From positions 62,001 through 126,000 of the forward strand of contig VJWM01000103.1 in the NCBI GenBank assembly GCA_010909165.1: DNA of 64,000 nt. Reading direction: 5' to 3'. This DNA comes from Anthoceros angustus (lineage: Eukaryota > Plantae > Anthocerotophyta). Both the position numbers and the translations under genes were made by a program. How positions within the stretch are numbered: the stretch's first letter is position 1; every line of letters begins with the position of its first letter. Below, one piece after another: positions 1 through 14,435 of this stretch. Below the pieces are notes generated by a model, which was given only the letters and a program-made list of their open reading frames with translations, ran no database searches and was not told the origin of the DNA.

Positions 1-235
1 TGCCCGCGCGCGGCCTCCCGGTGACAACGACTTGTCCAGGGCGGTGTCAGGAGGGTCTTAATGGCGCGCCATTTCTGCTTTACCGCGGTCTGCCAATCGT
101 TAACCTCACCAGTGACCACTGACCCGGGTCTGTGGTGGGCCCCTACCGTCTCTCAACCCCCGTGTGACCCCGTTCGCTCCCGTCCGTCCGCGTCCGCTCC
201 GTCCTGCGCCTAGTTTTGTATATTTTTTTCCGCCC

Positions 236-362
236 TTTGCTTTGCGTTGCTTTGCTTTGCTTTACTTTGTTTTGTTTTGTTTTGTTATTGCATCGCGTTA
301 TTTCCTCTGTGTGAGCTGTGCTTTGCTTTGCTTTGCGACGCTACTGCTTGCTTGCTTGCTTG
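236..362. repeat. (TTTGC/TTTGT/TTGC)n pyrimidine-rich microsatellite upstream of the AHL gene
   Basis: Repeated tttgc, tttgt and ttgc units visible directly. Confidence 0.8.
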
Positions 363-999
363 TTTCCGAGCACTGCTGTGCTGCTTCTCTTTCTTAATCC
401 TGCTCCGCTGCCACCGATCTTTCACAGGAGCTACTCTGGCGGGCTGGAGATCTGCCGCCCGGGCTTTCCTCATCTTTTTCCGCAAATCTGCGGCCGAGAG
501 TGCGTCTTTGTGTGCCCGCGATCTGGAGGTGCAGGTGCGGCTGCGGCTGCGCTTTCTTTGAGCGTGCTCGCGCTGGTGCAAAGATTTGAGGCCGGCGGGA
601 GGGGATTTTGCAGAATTTTCGGTGCGGGTTTGAGGTGCTGGCAGCAATTGCGGCGCGCGGGGGATGCTGCTGCTGCTGCTGCTGAGGCGGCGGTGGGGTG
701 TATGGGGTGAGGCGTGACGTGACGTGCTGCTGCCATGCCTGGCCGGCCGGGATGGAGGCGGCCTTCGCAGGATCTCCACAACATCCCAATGTCCCCAGTC
801 AGCTCCTAGGCTTGCGTCCCAGGATTAGGAGAAGCCGCAAGTCGTGACTTTCTCTTGGCTAGCCCCGCTGCCGTCTGTCCCGCATTTCTCTGGCCCCGAC
901 CAATTTGCTTGCTGCTCAGCTGCCGCGACCGCCCTTCTTGCGCGCCCGGGCCTGGAGGACGCACCGAATTGCCGGACCAGATTCCTCCCAGGTCTATGC

Positions 1000-2712
1000 A
1001 TGGAAGGCAGGGAAGCAGGGGGAGCAGGGGCGCCCGGATCTCACATCCAGCAGCAGCCTGGCTTTAGTAATCTCCTGCAGCGGCCCCCCGCGGGCACGCC
1101 TCCTTCGACTCCCGTGGGAGTCCATGCCCCGGCTGCGCTCAGGCCCGGCCTCCCGACTCCCATGAGCCTGCCGGGGCCCAGCCCTATGGACGTCACGCCG
1201 CCTCACTCTGTTGGAACCATGAACGTGACGCCTCCTGGTATGGGAATACCTGGTCATGGCCTCGCCATGCCCCCCGGGGGTCCTTCCCCTGCAGCCATTT
1301 CTGCTACGCGGGGGCCGGCCGGGGAGTCGGTCAAGAGGAAGCGAGGAAGGCCCCGGAAGTACGGTGTGAACGACGGAGCTCCTGGAAGCTCTATCGCCAA
1401 TAATTCCGCCGCCCCGTCGTCCGCCTCGCTTTTGTCCTCCCCTCCAGTGGAGAAGCGCGGCCGTGGCCGACCCCCGGGCTCGGGGAAAAAGCAGCAGCTC
1501 GCAGCTTTGGGTATGGCGCGCTTCCTTTTACTCTTCCTTTTGTGTGGGTAGGTTTGCTATATTGCCTCTATTCCTCGCTGCGGCGTCAGCTCGCGAGCTG
1601 CCTGCTTCCTGTTTTTTTTTTGCTTCGCTGCCGCTGTCGATATGTCCTCACCAGAAGCTCCTATCGCAGGCTCAGCAGGTCAAAGCTTCACTCCTCATGT
1701 TATCACAATTGCTGCAGGAGAGGTGAGTCTGGGCACTCCTCCCTGCCTTCCTAATCTTTCTGCTTCACCACCTTTCTCCACATGTTCACCTGTGTGCGGT
1801 ATTGTGTGCCTCCGACCTCCAGGATGTTGCCGTCAAGATCCATTCCTTTGTCAATTTGCAAGCCCGCCATGTTTCCATAATCTCTGCAAATGGAGCCGTT
1901 TCCAATGCACAGCTGAGGCAGGGAGGTGGCGTTATTTTGTATGAGGTGAGCTCCGCAAGGAGAAAAGGGCGGAGGGGTTAACCTCTTATGCGTGAACCCT
2001 TCTTTTTTCCTCTGTTTGGAACTGTCTTCTTCATGTTGTTGAAGGAGAGTTTTTTCTTGGTTTTATGCACATGAGGTGATTGCCATATATGTGTGTGGAT
2101 TTCTTTTGTAAATCCTCATGACTGTCATTGTTTCCCCGAATGTTTGCAGGGAAGGTACGAAATTCTCTCTCTCGCAGGCACTTTCTTAATTCCAGATAAT
2201 GGGGCCATGCGCAACAGAACTAGTGGTATGAGCGTATCCTTAAGCGGTGTAGATGGGAAAGTAGTTGGAGGAGGTGTTGCTGGCGTGCTGGTTGCAGCGA
2301 GCCCTGTCCAGGTAAGCTTGTTGACTTAAAAGGGGACGTTTTGTTGAGGCAGTGGATAACTCTTCTGCATGAATCAGTTTTGCTTCACATACATGTATGT
2401 TAATTGATATATCTTTTGTCGCTGCTTCTGCAGGTTGTTGTTGGTAGTTTCATCGCCGAGGGTGTGAAGGTCCCCTCACAGACAGGCAATGGAGACACCC
2501 CAGGCTCTGCGGCTCTTGTTGCCCGTACTCCAAAGGCTGAGCCTGTCAAGGATGTTAACGTCTCAGCAGGAGGCCCGGGAGAACCAGAACTACCTCCCGG
2601 AACTCCAACTCCAGATCTTGTCCCACAACCAGGGGGTTGGGGTGCTCCAGGTCCTCCTGCCCTGGAGGTCAGAAGGACCACTGATATGAATGAGTCTCCG
2701 CAGGATAGATGA
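1000..2712 (+). CDS. AHL: AT-hook motif nuclear-localized protein (two AT-hooks + PPC/DUF296 domain); exons ~1000-1510, 1670-1722, 1823-1945, 2150-2311, 2434-2712
   Basis: KRKRGRPRKY and RGRGRPPGSGKKQQL AT-hooks; FTPHVITIAAGEDV, GRYEILSLAGTF and GGGVAGVLVAASPVQVVVGSF PPC motifs; GT-AG introns keep the frame. Confidence 0.93.
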
Positions 2713-4169
2713 GAATACGGCCATCGGTCAGGAACCAGCGGCGCTGCACAAGCAAAGGATACCTGTCGATGCTAACTGGTTTTTTTGTGTTGGCCTTGGA
2801 AGATCCATCAATGTACTTATCCAGGCTAGCTGAATTTTTTGTCTGTCAGTGCTAGGCTAGACCATCGCGGAATACTAGTGTCAGGGGAGCTGATTGCTTA
2901 TTAAGAAGAGTCATAGCCGATGTAGTGAAGAGCCCAGTTACAGCTTCGTTGTTTTAGGAACATCCATTAAACATCCACACTGAAGGATTAGCCTGACCAC
3001 TCTACACTTCCCAGCTATTTGCTTTCTGGATTTGTACTTGAATATCTTCCACATGACACAATTGCCTTGTACATTTACTGGTTTTACCGCATGTGAAGGC
3101 ACTTTCTGTTTGGTGTACCTGGAAGCTTGAATGGCGATCATGTCGCTCTACCAATCTCCAGGGGCAGCCTTTGAGCTTTCCCAGACGGGCTGTACTTGCA
3201 CAGTTACTTCAGTTGCACAGGCTCATGGGTGTACGGTCAAATTCTGGGAAGTCGGGTTGACAAATGGCATGCTCGTTGCCGAAGTGAGGGCTTGTGCCGA
3301 TGAGTTTCTGAATCTCAGCCGTCGCATGCATATCCCTCCACTCCCTGCAAAATCCTGCGGGAAGTCCAAACTGCTAATCTGCACACGGACACGAGAGAAG
3401 GAGTCCATCCGACGGCAAAAGCCGGAATTATGCATATCTCATCCTGGACGCCGTCAATCATCGATTGATGATGAATGCCCGTAACTTGTTGGTGACCACA
3501 CAACTGCTAGCTTAACACGCTCCAGCTATCGTAACAGTAATGGGGTGGAGCAACCAAAGAGGATTGGGGATCGCCACGATTTCAAATTCATGCTGGCTGG
3601 GAGTTGCTCTCTCCCTCTTGTGTAACGTTCGAGCTCTCATCTTCTCTTGGGGGATTTGTAGCTTCTGTTAGGCAGTACACTGTGCAGGCTCGCTGGTGTG
3701 AAAGTGGAAGCAACGAAGACATCCACACCTGCTTCACCAACAGCTTGACTGGAATCTTTCATTACAAAATTAAGGCTTCCTGGGAATTCCGGTCACTCTT
3801 AGGTACATACACTAAGAAAGACTAGGTAGTCAAGATTGAGACTAGGTAGTCAATACTCTCAACAGGAATGTGGTGAGCTGTCAGACGAAAGGAGCCAGGC
3901 TTGTACCGCGGAAGCCAGCAGGAAAGTTCCAAACAAAAAGCACCGAGTACTGTCCTACTCTGTAACTTCTAGATCATGAAAAGTAGTTTAGCTCCACAGA
4001 ACATTTGCTCCGTGGAGGGCAATAGAAAGCTTAGTTGTCTGGAGAACTCCAAAGCAGGGGAACGGGTGGCTCCTGAGTCCTGAGCTTGCAGCAAAGCGGA
4101 AAACCACGATGACTCTGTAGGCCTGTGCCTAATGTTTGAAATAGTCCATCATAGCTAATCCCAAGAACA

Positions 4170-4790
4170 GGACGTGCCACATGGTGCGCATCCCAATGAA
4201 ATTAGGCTGCTATCAAAGCTGCTACTTATGTATCTAGAAGGAATCTCGACCTAGTCCTCAAAGGTACAATGCTCTTCGGGCTGGTCACATAATCCCGGGA
4301 CAGATCTCCCAACCTGGCCTTTCTCGTATTTCGCGTTTCTTCCTTGTGTTCTACAGTGCTAAAATGATTCCTAACGATCTGGGGACCTTTTGAGACAGAG
4401 ATAACCAGCCCCAGCACAGAACAGTGTCTGCTTTTGCAGTTTTAAAATGCTCACGAACCTGCTGGTACCACATGCTGCCCCGACTCCTGACTCTTCGCTT
4501 TGCGCAGCGTTTTGTGCGTTCTTTCGCTCGTCCCTCGGGTGTTGCTGTTTCCAAGTCCCCCTCTTTCTAGGACACCAGTATATGCAGTGTCAGCACACAA
4601 GACACTACAAAGAAGACACTGCACAACATAATGCCTGTGCATACCACCGGACGTGGATATGGCCCAAGACGCAATTCTGTCGGTGGCATCAACGTTGTGA
4701 GCATTGAGTACATGCAAGCCAACGGTGAAAGTGATCAAACAGAACTTTTGACCAAACGGTAAACATGTGCCCAGATACCTTGCTTCAGAA
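4170..4790 (-). pseudogene. Decayed tandem duplicate of the last exons and 3' UTR of the ORP gene
   Basis: Minus strand reads EIRERPGWEICPGIM* versus parent ETRERRAWEICPDIM*, and PPTELRLGP versus PPTDSRLRP. The 3' UTR motif gccacatggtgcgca..caatgaa is shared (4175 vs 6002). Frameshifts present. Confidence 0.8.
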
Positions 4791-6126
4791 AGCTCAAATG
4801 CCAGGCCCTGTTGCTGTGATCCATGTCAGACAAAGCTGGACCAGCCACAAGCATAAAATCATCAGGTACACATGTCCAAGACATTAAACTTCATGGCAGA
4901 GCGTACATCAACGAGAGGAACGCCACTCTCCGATTCCGAACTCAACGCTCTTCCCCACAGAATTTACCTCTGACTTGTCAGGCACCTCGCTGCCTATCTT
5001 TATGGTCACGACCGGCAGGCTCATCAGCACAAATGACGCCAACTCAACCACGGCAGGAGAGGTGAGCGCGCGCACTCCTTAGTGCCGTCTTTACTGCAGC
5101 TGCTTGAGCAGCGCTGGACTTGATACTTCACCTTTTCTTCACCGTTTCTTCACCTCTTTCCCGCCATGTCTACAGAGTGGCTGCAAACGGTTGTCGGGCA
5201 GCCTGCCATGGCTCCTGGTGGCAAGGTCACCGCCTTCTTGAGTTGTTCATCGCAGCCGGCCCGTTCTTTCTTTGTCCAGTTTGTCTTCCGACCAGCAGTT
5301 ACGATCATTCAATACGCCGTGCGAGGAGGTCTACTGCCAGCAGAAAACACTGCGGAGAGACCTAGCTTTATTATTGCCCAAAATCACAGTCCCCATGTGA
5401 AAAGCCCAGGAGCGTTTCGGAAACGGGAACGATTCACTTGATGGGGATTACATTGAGCAGTTCAAAGGTTCAATCCATCCGACGGGAATGCCAATTTGCC
5501 AAATCATGATTTCTTGGTTATCAACCATATAATCGAAACGAAACGTATCGTTGGTCGATCATCAATGCCACTACATATGTATGTATGTAGCCAGTATCTG
5601 GTTGGTGACCAGCTTTGTACTCGGCGAATTCTTGCTTTTCATGGGCGATTGTGACTACTTGTAGGTAGGATCCGAGATGGGTCTGCCTGTAGAATTTCAT
5701 GGGCAGTAGACTAAGGACGTGGACGAGGTCTCAAGCCTGATAAGGTGTAACTGGAAAGGCATCCGAAGTGCCTGCTCAGACACATGATCGTCCTAGGAGC
5801 TGGGCAGTTGAAGAGCAACAGGGCTTTTGTAAAGCCTGTTCTTCAGAACCTGGACTCCGTGCCATGCGAGGAGGACGCGAACTGCTGAAACCGAAGAGCA
5901 GGGACAAAGGCATCAACACGTTGCTCTTGCTTGCTTGTGCTGTAGGCACAGACAGCTTTACTGCTTATTTCGCACGATAGTGAATCCCCAGGACAGAACG
6001 CGCCACATGGTGCGCACTTCAATGAACTGTGCTGGACGTGAAATCAGCTGCTTATCCAGAAAGAATCACATCTAAGACCTAATCCTCCAAATGTACAGTG
6101 CTCTTTTGCGCTGGATAATGATCCAG

Positions 6127-9100
6127 TCACATAATGTCGGGACAAATTTCCCAGGCCCGCCTTTCTCGTGTTTCCCAATACTTGTGTTGGTACACCCAAG
6201 ATGGTTCCTCACCATCATTAGTTACTTTGACTTGCGAACCTCCAGGCACTCTCTGCAACACACACAGCCACCAAAGGCACTAAATGCATCAGGATCGCGG
6301 CAGCAGGACAGCGGCTTAGGACTCCGTTTTCCATCCTTACACAGATTCCTGGCACACACCTGCTGGAACCACATGGTCCGCCACTCTTCATTCCTTGTTT
6401 TGCGCGCCTTCTGTGCGTTCCTTTGCTTGTCTTCCAGTCTCAGCTTCTCTGGAGTTGCTTTCTCCAAGTCCCCTTCTTCCTGGGATCCAACTCGTGTGAG
6501 TAACAACTGTCAGGTTGGGCATAGAAGACACTGCAGAAGAGGACATTTGCAAAGATAAACGTTCTGCGTACCAAAGCACGTTGGTCTGGTCGAAGACGAG
6601 AGTCTGTCGGTGGCAGAGCCTCAGCCAACCTGGGTGTTAGTTCTGTTCAAGTAACCACAAAGCTTTGTGTTAGCATAAGAAGAAGAATATTTTGTTTTTA
6701 AGTCTGTAGATATCTTCTCCCCATCAGATAAGAGGATCGAACTAGGCGAATACCATTCAAGCCAATTGTGAACGTCGTGAAACAATACTGTTGACGGAAG
6801 TCTTCAGGAGGCTCGGGACATGTCCACAGGCACCTTGCATTTACTGGACTTGCCCCAGGGTTTGCAGATGGTTCTGATGACCCGAAAATCTTGTCCATGT
6901 AACTCCCGTAGAGTGAGTACCTAGGAACTCCTGCAGAATCATAAACCTGTGGATATAACCAGTATTATTAGACCAAAGCATTAGGTCAGACACCTGCTAC
7001 TGTCTAAACAGACTTCAGCATACATCGTGCACGTCACTGCACCTGTCGGATAGAAGGCCAAGAGTTTCGGTGCTACCTTTCCAGAAATACGGCACCGTTC
7101 TCTGCTTGTTGCTTTAAGAAAGCGAGTGCGACTGTGTTCTCCAGTAGAGTGATTTCGGACAACTAACTCTCCATAATTGTCTATCCATAGCTTCCCAACC
7201 ACCACATTGTGCACACAAGTTGTCACCTTGTTCCATGTAAAATGGTCACCGTGTTTCAGAAAGCGCAGATGGCAGAGGCCCGTTGGTATGATCTGTGACA
7301 AGCAGGCATTGAAAGCCACACACATTTATACATTAGGAACCATAGGGGAGAAATTCACGGCAGAGAGTGCATTCATTTAAGAGTCTTCAACAATCAGCAA
7401 TGCGACTGAACAACACTCACCTCGACGCTCTTTCCCCAGAATTTGTTTCTGATTTCAATCTCACCATAGACAACAAAATCGCCTGGTTTGCTTTCACACT
7501 GGAAGGCCATGACTGGGGGGTGATGGCTCACCTGCAAGCCATGAGCCACATTAGACACAGCCCACCACACGGAGATTTACTGACTCGTGACATGGTATGT
7601 TACCTGCTCAGCAAGGAACCAAGCTCTGCCGTCGGGTGCCAGCCACTCATAGGTCTCGCCAAGCAAGGGATTGAAAGGTTTTGCATCTCGGTGAATACTA
7701 CCATGGTACGTTGAACAAGCAAATGCAGATACCCACAGGAGACGCTCAAGGGAATCTTCGCATAGTGATGCCGTCTCTAGCAAGTCCCTGATTCCAACAT
7801 AAGAGATATTACAAAATTTGTGCACCCCAGACAGCCACAAATCCTAACAGTCTTGCCAATCTGTTCACAATCAACTAAAAGCACGCCTGGTTACCTGTAT
7901 TGCATCTCCTCAGCGCTGCGCTGAAGCACAGATAGGGGTTCATTGATTGTAGCAGGCATGGTTATGCGATTGAGGTCCTTTCCCACTGCATTTTTCAGCA
8001 CAGTCCACAGACTGAAGCCTCGATTTAGGGGCCTGGGAGCTGGAAGCCTGCACTCACTCGAGATAAGAACACATGTTGACAAGCAATTGGCTGCACCAGC
8101 ATATCATGCGGAGAATGCAACGAGCCTACAAGACTACCTTGTCCTGGGTAGATTGAGCTCCTCAGTTTCAGCCTCTGATAAAGTATCTGTATCCCCTACC
8201 AAATCGCCCTCCTCAGGTGGCTCTGCCGCAAGATCAGCACCCTCTGCTAGTCCTTCCTGTTCAGCTGATGGTGTTGCTTTTGCCACGAATTCGTATTGAT
8301 TCAGAACCTCGAGAGCTTCAAAGTATTCCTGGCCACAATGAGTTGACGACAATTGACGACAATGCCAGAAAGGATTGCAGGTACTAGAGTTCCGCAGCAC
8401 CCATGACTAGCTCTCAATAGCGTTGGTCCAGGGTTTACCTCGTTCGTGACGTCACTTGACAACATTGAGGCCTCATCCTCAGTTTCCTCCCCATCTTCTT
8501 CATCATCGCCATCTTCACCATCACCTTCCCCGAACTTCACACCAGCATATCTTGGGTCTTTCTGCGAGAAAGAAACAAGATATGTTACACTTCGGGAACA
8601 GCTTAGATAAACAATCTGCTGTACAGCTGGGAAGAGCTGGAACCTTCAGCTGCTCCCTCAAATGTGTCAAAGCAATTCGATCCCGTTGCAGATCCGGGAG
8701 CATTGCTAGAGAGTCCTGCAGCACTGCATTTTCTGCTTCGAGATCAAGAACTCTATGGACCTCCTCCCTCAGTACCTACAGGCAGATGTTTGCAGTGGTA
8801 AGCCCCATATCGCCATTTCAAACACTCCAAGGACTGGAAATACTCCGAAACTGCCTGTTGCATGTAGCACAGACAATTGCACTGTCGAGAAAAGAGAAGC
8901 AGTTCTGGACGCTCCATCTGTGTAGCCTCACCTCGGAGAAAGCATCCATCAAGCTGTTCCACGCTCCCTGCAGTGGACTTTGACGTACAGAGTCGTTCTT
9001 TCCTCTCCTTTCTTGGTGTTTAATCCCGTCTTGTTCCAAAGAAACCCTTGCGACAATTGCAGAGGCTTCTTTACTTGAAGTCTTAGACCCGTTTATGTAC

Positions 9101-11189
9101 AATTCAGAACTTCTCCCTTCACAAGTACCCGCTTTATTCAACCCTGCTGAGATAAGACCTTCTTTTCCCGTGAGCGTATCACTAGTATTATTCAAGGAAC
9201 TGCCATCCTCAGTCTCAGGCTGCATAGACCTAAATCCCTGTTCAGAGTCACTACTGAGTATTGTACTGAGAACTGGTTGCATAACTTTGCAGCCTTCCAA
9301 CTCACTACTAACTTCGGGGTCAGAAAAATGGCCATTTCCTGGAATTTGCCCATGTTCTCCTCGCCGGAAGTTAATACGCTCAACACAGAGGCAAATCCCT
9401 TGGCATACACATCTAGGAGTGCTGACTGTTTCATCTACTGAAAAGGAAAGACTTCTCCTTCTATTTCTTGGTGCATTAGAATCTACAGACAAAGGCAAGG
9501 ATGGCCCCGACTTGGCTGACCGAAGACGTGTACTTGTACTTTCCCGTGGCCGGCTATCACTCTCCCCTCTCCAAGGCCTAAAGATTGACCGCTGAGAGGC
9601 TTTCTCCCGAGAAACACCCAGTGCAGATGTAGTAGATGATTCCACAGCTCCTAAAGAACGGTTGCTAGTTTCTGCGGCCGAAGTGAAATGACCTTCTGAT
9701 CCAAGAATGTCTGCATGGACTTGAGGTATACTTGGACCGGCAGGGTCAATCATGCTACCACTGCTTGAAGACTTCTTGATAGGCGACTCTTTAGTGAGAC
9801 CCAAAGCTCCACATATTGCTGACAATGAATGTTGTAGGGTATGAAGCTGCTGCAGAAAAGCTGCAAAGCCCACATCCCATCACATCACATCAAGAGGGGA
9901 TGGGATGAGGGCTGACTTTGCAGCATGTGTCCACTGATCATTTTCAGGGTGCTACAAACATCACAGAAATCACGACATACCGTGTCTCGCAGGCTCAATC
10001 TCCTGCAAACGAGAACTCAGCCTTCTGTTCAGCTCTTTTTCCTGCTCCTCCCATTCCTCACCAAGATGCTGGATTACAGTCAACATCAGGTCTCGACCAT
10101 GTTCATCAGGCAGAGCTCAGTCTGGATAATGAATTGAGCTTTGCACTTGAGCGCAAGCCCTAGTGCAAAGATTGACATTAATTACATCAAACCACGAACA
10201 AAACAAAACACAATAACGAAGGAAAGAGGGGGTGGTACCGGTGGTAATGACTGATGCTGGGGCAAGACAGGTCTTCCAGGTGGCACGCCGACTTGAGCCT
10301 TTTGAACAGACTTGTTGTATGTATCAACAGACTCCCGAACGGTATCCACCCAAGCCTGTAAACCAAGCAGCACAAGTCACCACCCGTACTGCTTCGCTTC
10401 CACGACAGACAGTACTTCGAACCTGCTACCCACCAAACATGGACTAGCATAACGAACCGGCGTCCCCGCAACTAAATCGAGCTGGAAATGCGCAATTCCA
10501 ATGTATCAGAAACCGAAGACAAGGCCTCGGAAACATACCTGCCGGAAGTCTCTGTTGAGGGTCCGCAGGTAGTAGACACTGGAGCCTTTCACAATCTTGA
10601 ACTGCCTGTCCTTTCCGGCCACCGGAACAACCGAGGCTCCCTGTCAAAATCAAAATTCAATGGGGTAGACAGCTCAGTAGTGCGATACGAGACGGCAAAT
10701 ACACGGGAATTCCAGACGCAAAGGCAGCGAGCGAGACAATCCGGTCCAGGCCAGTCTAGTCCTGAACGCTCTAGCCCTGTGCAGCAGTGCAGCAAGAAAA
10801 AGACTCGTCTAGCCTGCTCCACTGTATACGCACAAGGATGTGGCTTCTGAGGAGGGGATTACGAGGAGGCTGATATTGCCAGGCCGCCCAATTTGATCAG
10901 AAGTCTTGTAGTACAAAAGCAGGCCGGGAGGATGTGCAACAAACCACCTGCGTCGCCAGCGCTTGAATCTGCCAGCCCAAACAAGCATCCAGCCAGCAGG
11001 TGGCTGCCCCGCGGTCGCATTACTCCCAATCCCCGAGCCATCCGCCCCGTGACTGCTCCCAGACCGCCTGTGCCACCGCCTGGGGTCGTAGATCCGCCGG
11101 TTCCACTGCACCGCAGGGCCGTCGGGCTTGGGAGCAGCTCCCCGCATTCGCGGTTGCCTCCGGCGCTGCTGGCCCGTGCCCGCCATCAT
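6127..11189 (-). CDS. Oxysterol-binding protein-related protein with N-terminal PH domain (ORP1/2-like), multi-exon
   Basis: PH start GWMLVWAGRFKRWRRRWFV; ORD motifs GKDLNRITMPATINEPLSVLQR, KPFNPLLGETYE, EQVSHHPP, LNELTPRLAEALPPTDSRLRPDQRAL; C-terminal YWETRERRAWEICPDIM*. Confidence 0.9.
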
Positions 11190-12654
11190 CCCGTCAGTAC
11201 CCAACCATTCACATTCACAAAGCTCCAGCCTCAAGGTGCATCAAGTAAAGAGGAAAGCAAGATGCGATGCTTAAGCCTCAGATCCGCATCTTCCTCCCCT
11301 CCCCTTCCCGCCTATACCTGCACAAACCTAAACCTTTTCGTTCATCGAATTGCGCAAATCCTTTCTCTCTTCCCTCCCCCACACCCACAATGAGCCAGCC
11401 TTTTTGCAAAATTACGGCCTCCCGCAGCTCCCCCAAGATCCGTGACATCACATCCCACCCAGCAGCGCAGCCAAGCAGCCTCCCCTGCCATCCCTAGCTA
11501 CAATTTATGATCCCACCCAGCCACGACCCACGATCCCTGCCTCACCACTGTTTGCTTCCAACTCAATCCACCCAGATTCTAAGTCCAGTCGTGTGGAATC
11601 GCTTCAGTTCAGACAAGGCAGGTGAGCAGTCAAACAAACGCGACACACTACCGCCCACAAAACGAGAGAGCGTTTACCCGAGACTGTGTCTGCGTGTTCC
11701 ACTTCCGGTCGTGGAAGTGGCCTCCCCGCCGCTGGGAAGCTGCGGTTTGCCGGAAAACGAACGCCTTCTCGGAACACGATCGCCGATTTTATACATCCCT
11801 GACGCCTTCAAGCTTTTGTCATAAAAGGCGTCCTCATTTATTGATTTATTGCATACCTACCAGGTAGAAAGGTAGAAAGAGTGAGATAATTGGATCGGTA
11901 TAAAGAAATACGAGTATGTATGTATGTATGTATACCCGGCCTGCAGTACGTCCGTAGTTACTGAAATCGGCTTGCCCGTGTGTGTATGATACTATGGTAC
12001 TGGTTCGCATAAAAGGCAAAAGAGACAAAGAGCGTGACGGCATTATTTAGCTGGACGGTCGTGAAGGCGGGCAGGGACCAGGGTAGGTGCCGAGGCAGGG
12101 GAACGAAGCTGCCGCAGGGCCGCGGGGGCCACTAGCCCTAAACCGACCTAACGGCCGAGGCTTGGGGCGATTTGCGGTTCGTTTGGCTGGTTTGGCAGAA
12201 GCGCAGGTTGGGGCGTGGAAGGCGGCCGAGGCCTCGTTCCACGCCACACTGGGCGCTAGCTCGGACTCCGTCCTCGCTTTTTGTCTCACTCAGAGTCGGA
12301 CGGGGCCGTCTGTGATTGTGGATCTCGCCTTGCGCACCTCGCCTGCGCGGCCGCCGCCTAGTGTTGCGTCGCCGTCGCGTCGCTTGTTGAGGCGCATCGG
12401 GCCCGTACCAGCCCCGCAGCGCCAGGTCCGGCCCGGTCCTGCTCTTCGCACTTCGCGCATTCCTTCGCCGTTGGCCCACGCGACGCGAGCGACCTCCTCC
12501 AGCTGCCGCTGCCTGATTCAGCTGCCGGCATCGATCTGGCGCCGGATTCTGCAGCGCGGAGAGGACAGCGGCCGGCTCACGGAGATAGTCGGAGGGAATT
12601 CTGCCTTCTGCTACCTCGCGGCGGCTGAGCGTTACGGGGAAGCCACAGGACAAC

Positions 12655-14435
12655 ATGGCCGTGGCCACTCAAGAAGTACGGCAGCAGAGTCCGCTGTGGA
12701 AGACTGTGAAGCCTTTCATGAATGGAGGCCTTGCGGGCATGGGAGCCACCTGCGTCATTCAGCCAATTGATATGATCAAGGTTCGTTGCAATTCTCCCTA
12801 AGCGCCGCCGGGCATGCCACACTGCTTTGTCTTTGTTCTATGCTTCTCTACCGGCACGGTGTGCAATTTTTCCTTCTCCGGTGCTCGCGGATCTGAATGC
12901 GCTTCTATCCCTTTCACAGATCTGCGGGTTTGCATGCGTTTTGAATCCAAAACTGGTTGTTTTGACTGATTGTCGGGGTTGGAACGTGGTTAGGGAGCCG
13001 TGGTTTGAAAAATTAGTTGATTGCATTAGGCACCGCTGCCGGTAGTCTGTGCATGCGACTGGCTCCCTTATTCCGATCTGCACTCTTTGTTTGGAGGATC
13101 GTTGACGTGATGTGGTGTGGCATGGCGTGCAGGTGCAAATCCAGCTCGGGGAAGGTAGTGCAAGTGCTGTGGCCAGGAAGGTTCTAGCAAACGATGGGGT
13201 TGCTGGGTTTTACAAGGTACACTGTCGCTGCTGGCAGATGCTTGCCTACCTACTCACAGTGTATATCATCCCCTTATTCGTGTGTGCTTGTTGAGCAGGG
13301 TCTCTCGGCAGGTCTTTTGAGGCAGGCTACTTACACCACGGCGCGGCTCGGCAGCTTCAGGCAATTCTATTTTATTTTCATGGGCCCCTAGTCGTGGGAT
13401 CTGAGATTTGGTTCGAGTTTGACCTTGCTTTGTACTCGTTTCAACGGCTCTTTGGTTTTGCAGGGTGCTGACGGCGAAAGCTGTAGAAGCAAACGAGGGG
13501 AAGCCTCTTCCTTTGTACCAGAAAGCACTGTGTGGGCTGACAGCTGGGGCAATTGGTGCCACGGTTGGGAGCCCAGCAGATCTAGCTCTGATTCGCATGC
13601 AGGCTGACTCTACGCTGCAATTGCATCAACGAAGAAATTACAAGAATGCCTTCCATGCACTGTACCGTATAGCGGCTGATGAGGGTACTTTGGCCTTGTG
13701 GAAAGGTGCTGGCCCAACAGTGGTTCGTGCTATGGCTTTGAACATGGGCATGCTTGCATCGTATGACCAAAGTGTGGAACTATTCCGTGACCAGTTGAAC
13801 TTGCCGGAGATTCCCACTGTTCTTGGTAAGTGTAAATCTCTTCAAGTCTGTCGGTGCTGGTGTGTCTTGTCTTTCTGCTGAGGATGCCTGTTGTAGAGAC
13901 TGTGCGGTTGCCTGTCAATTTTTCTTTTAGCTGCTTTGAACCAAGTATGTGCAAGGAACCGTTGCGTGAATTCAGGTGTCAGCGATGTTTGGTCGTGAAT
14001 CGCTACTGTGCCCATCCTTGTGCAGGTGCTAGCGCGGTTTCTGGCTTCTTTGCAGCTGCTTGTAGTCTTCCCTTCGACTACGTGAAGACACAGATCCAGA
14101 AGATGCAGCCTGGCCCTGATGGGAAGTTCCCATACACAGGTTCGGTGGACTGTGCACTTCGCACTTTGAAGGAGGGTGGGTTCCTCAAGTTCTACACTGG
14201 GTTTGGAACTTACTGCATTCGAATTGCTCCTCATGTGATGGTAAGTTGCTTAATCCAGTTGAAAAATCCAGTTCATTGAGGACTTCCGTTTCTCATATTG
14301 TTGTGGCAACACAGTCGGGAAATCCTGTGTAGCTTAATCTCACTAGTGCGAGTCTCTGTTACGCCTGTTGAAATGCAGATGACATGGATCTTCCTCAATC
14401 AACTGCAAAATTTTGAAAAGTCAGTTGGTCTTTGA
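12655..14435 (+). CDS. DTC: Mitochondrial dicarboxylate/tricarboxylate carrier, multi-exon
   Basis: KPFMNGGLAGMGATCVIQPIDMIKV, GLSAGLLRQATYTTARLGSF, GSPADLALIRMQAD, LPFDYVKTQIQKMQP and RIAPHVM carrier signatures. Confidence 0.95.

Noticed and set aside
2938-3503. Short ORFs downstream of AHL as a small gene
   Set aside because: No recognisable motif or convincing exon chain.
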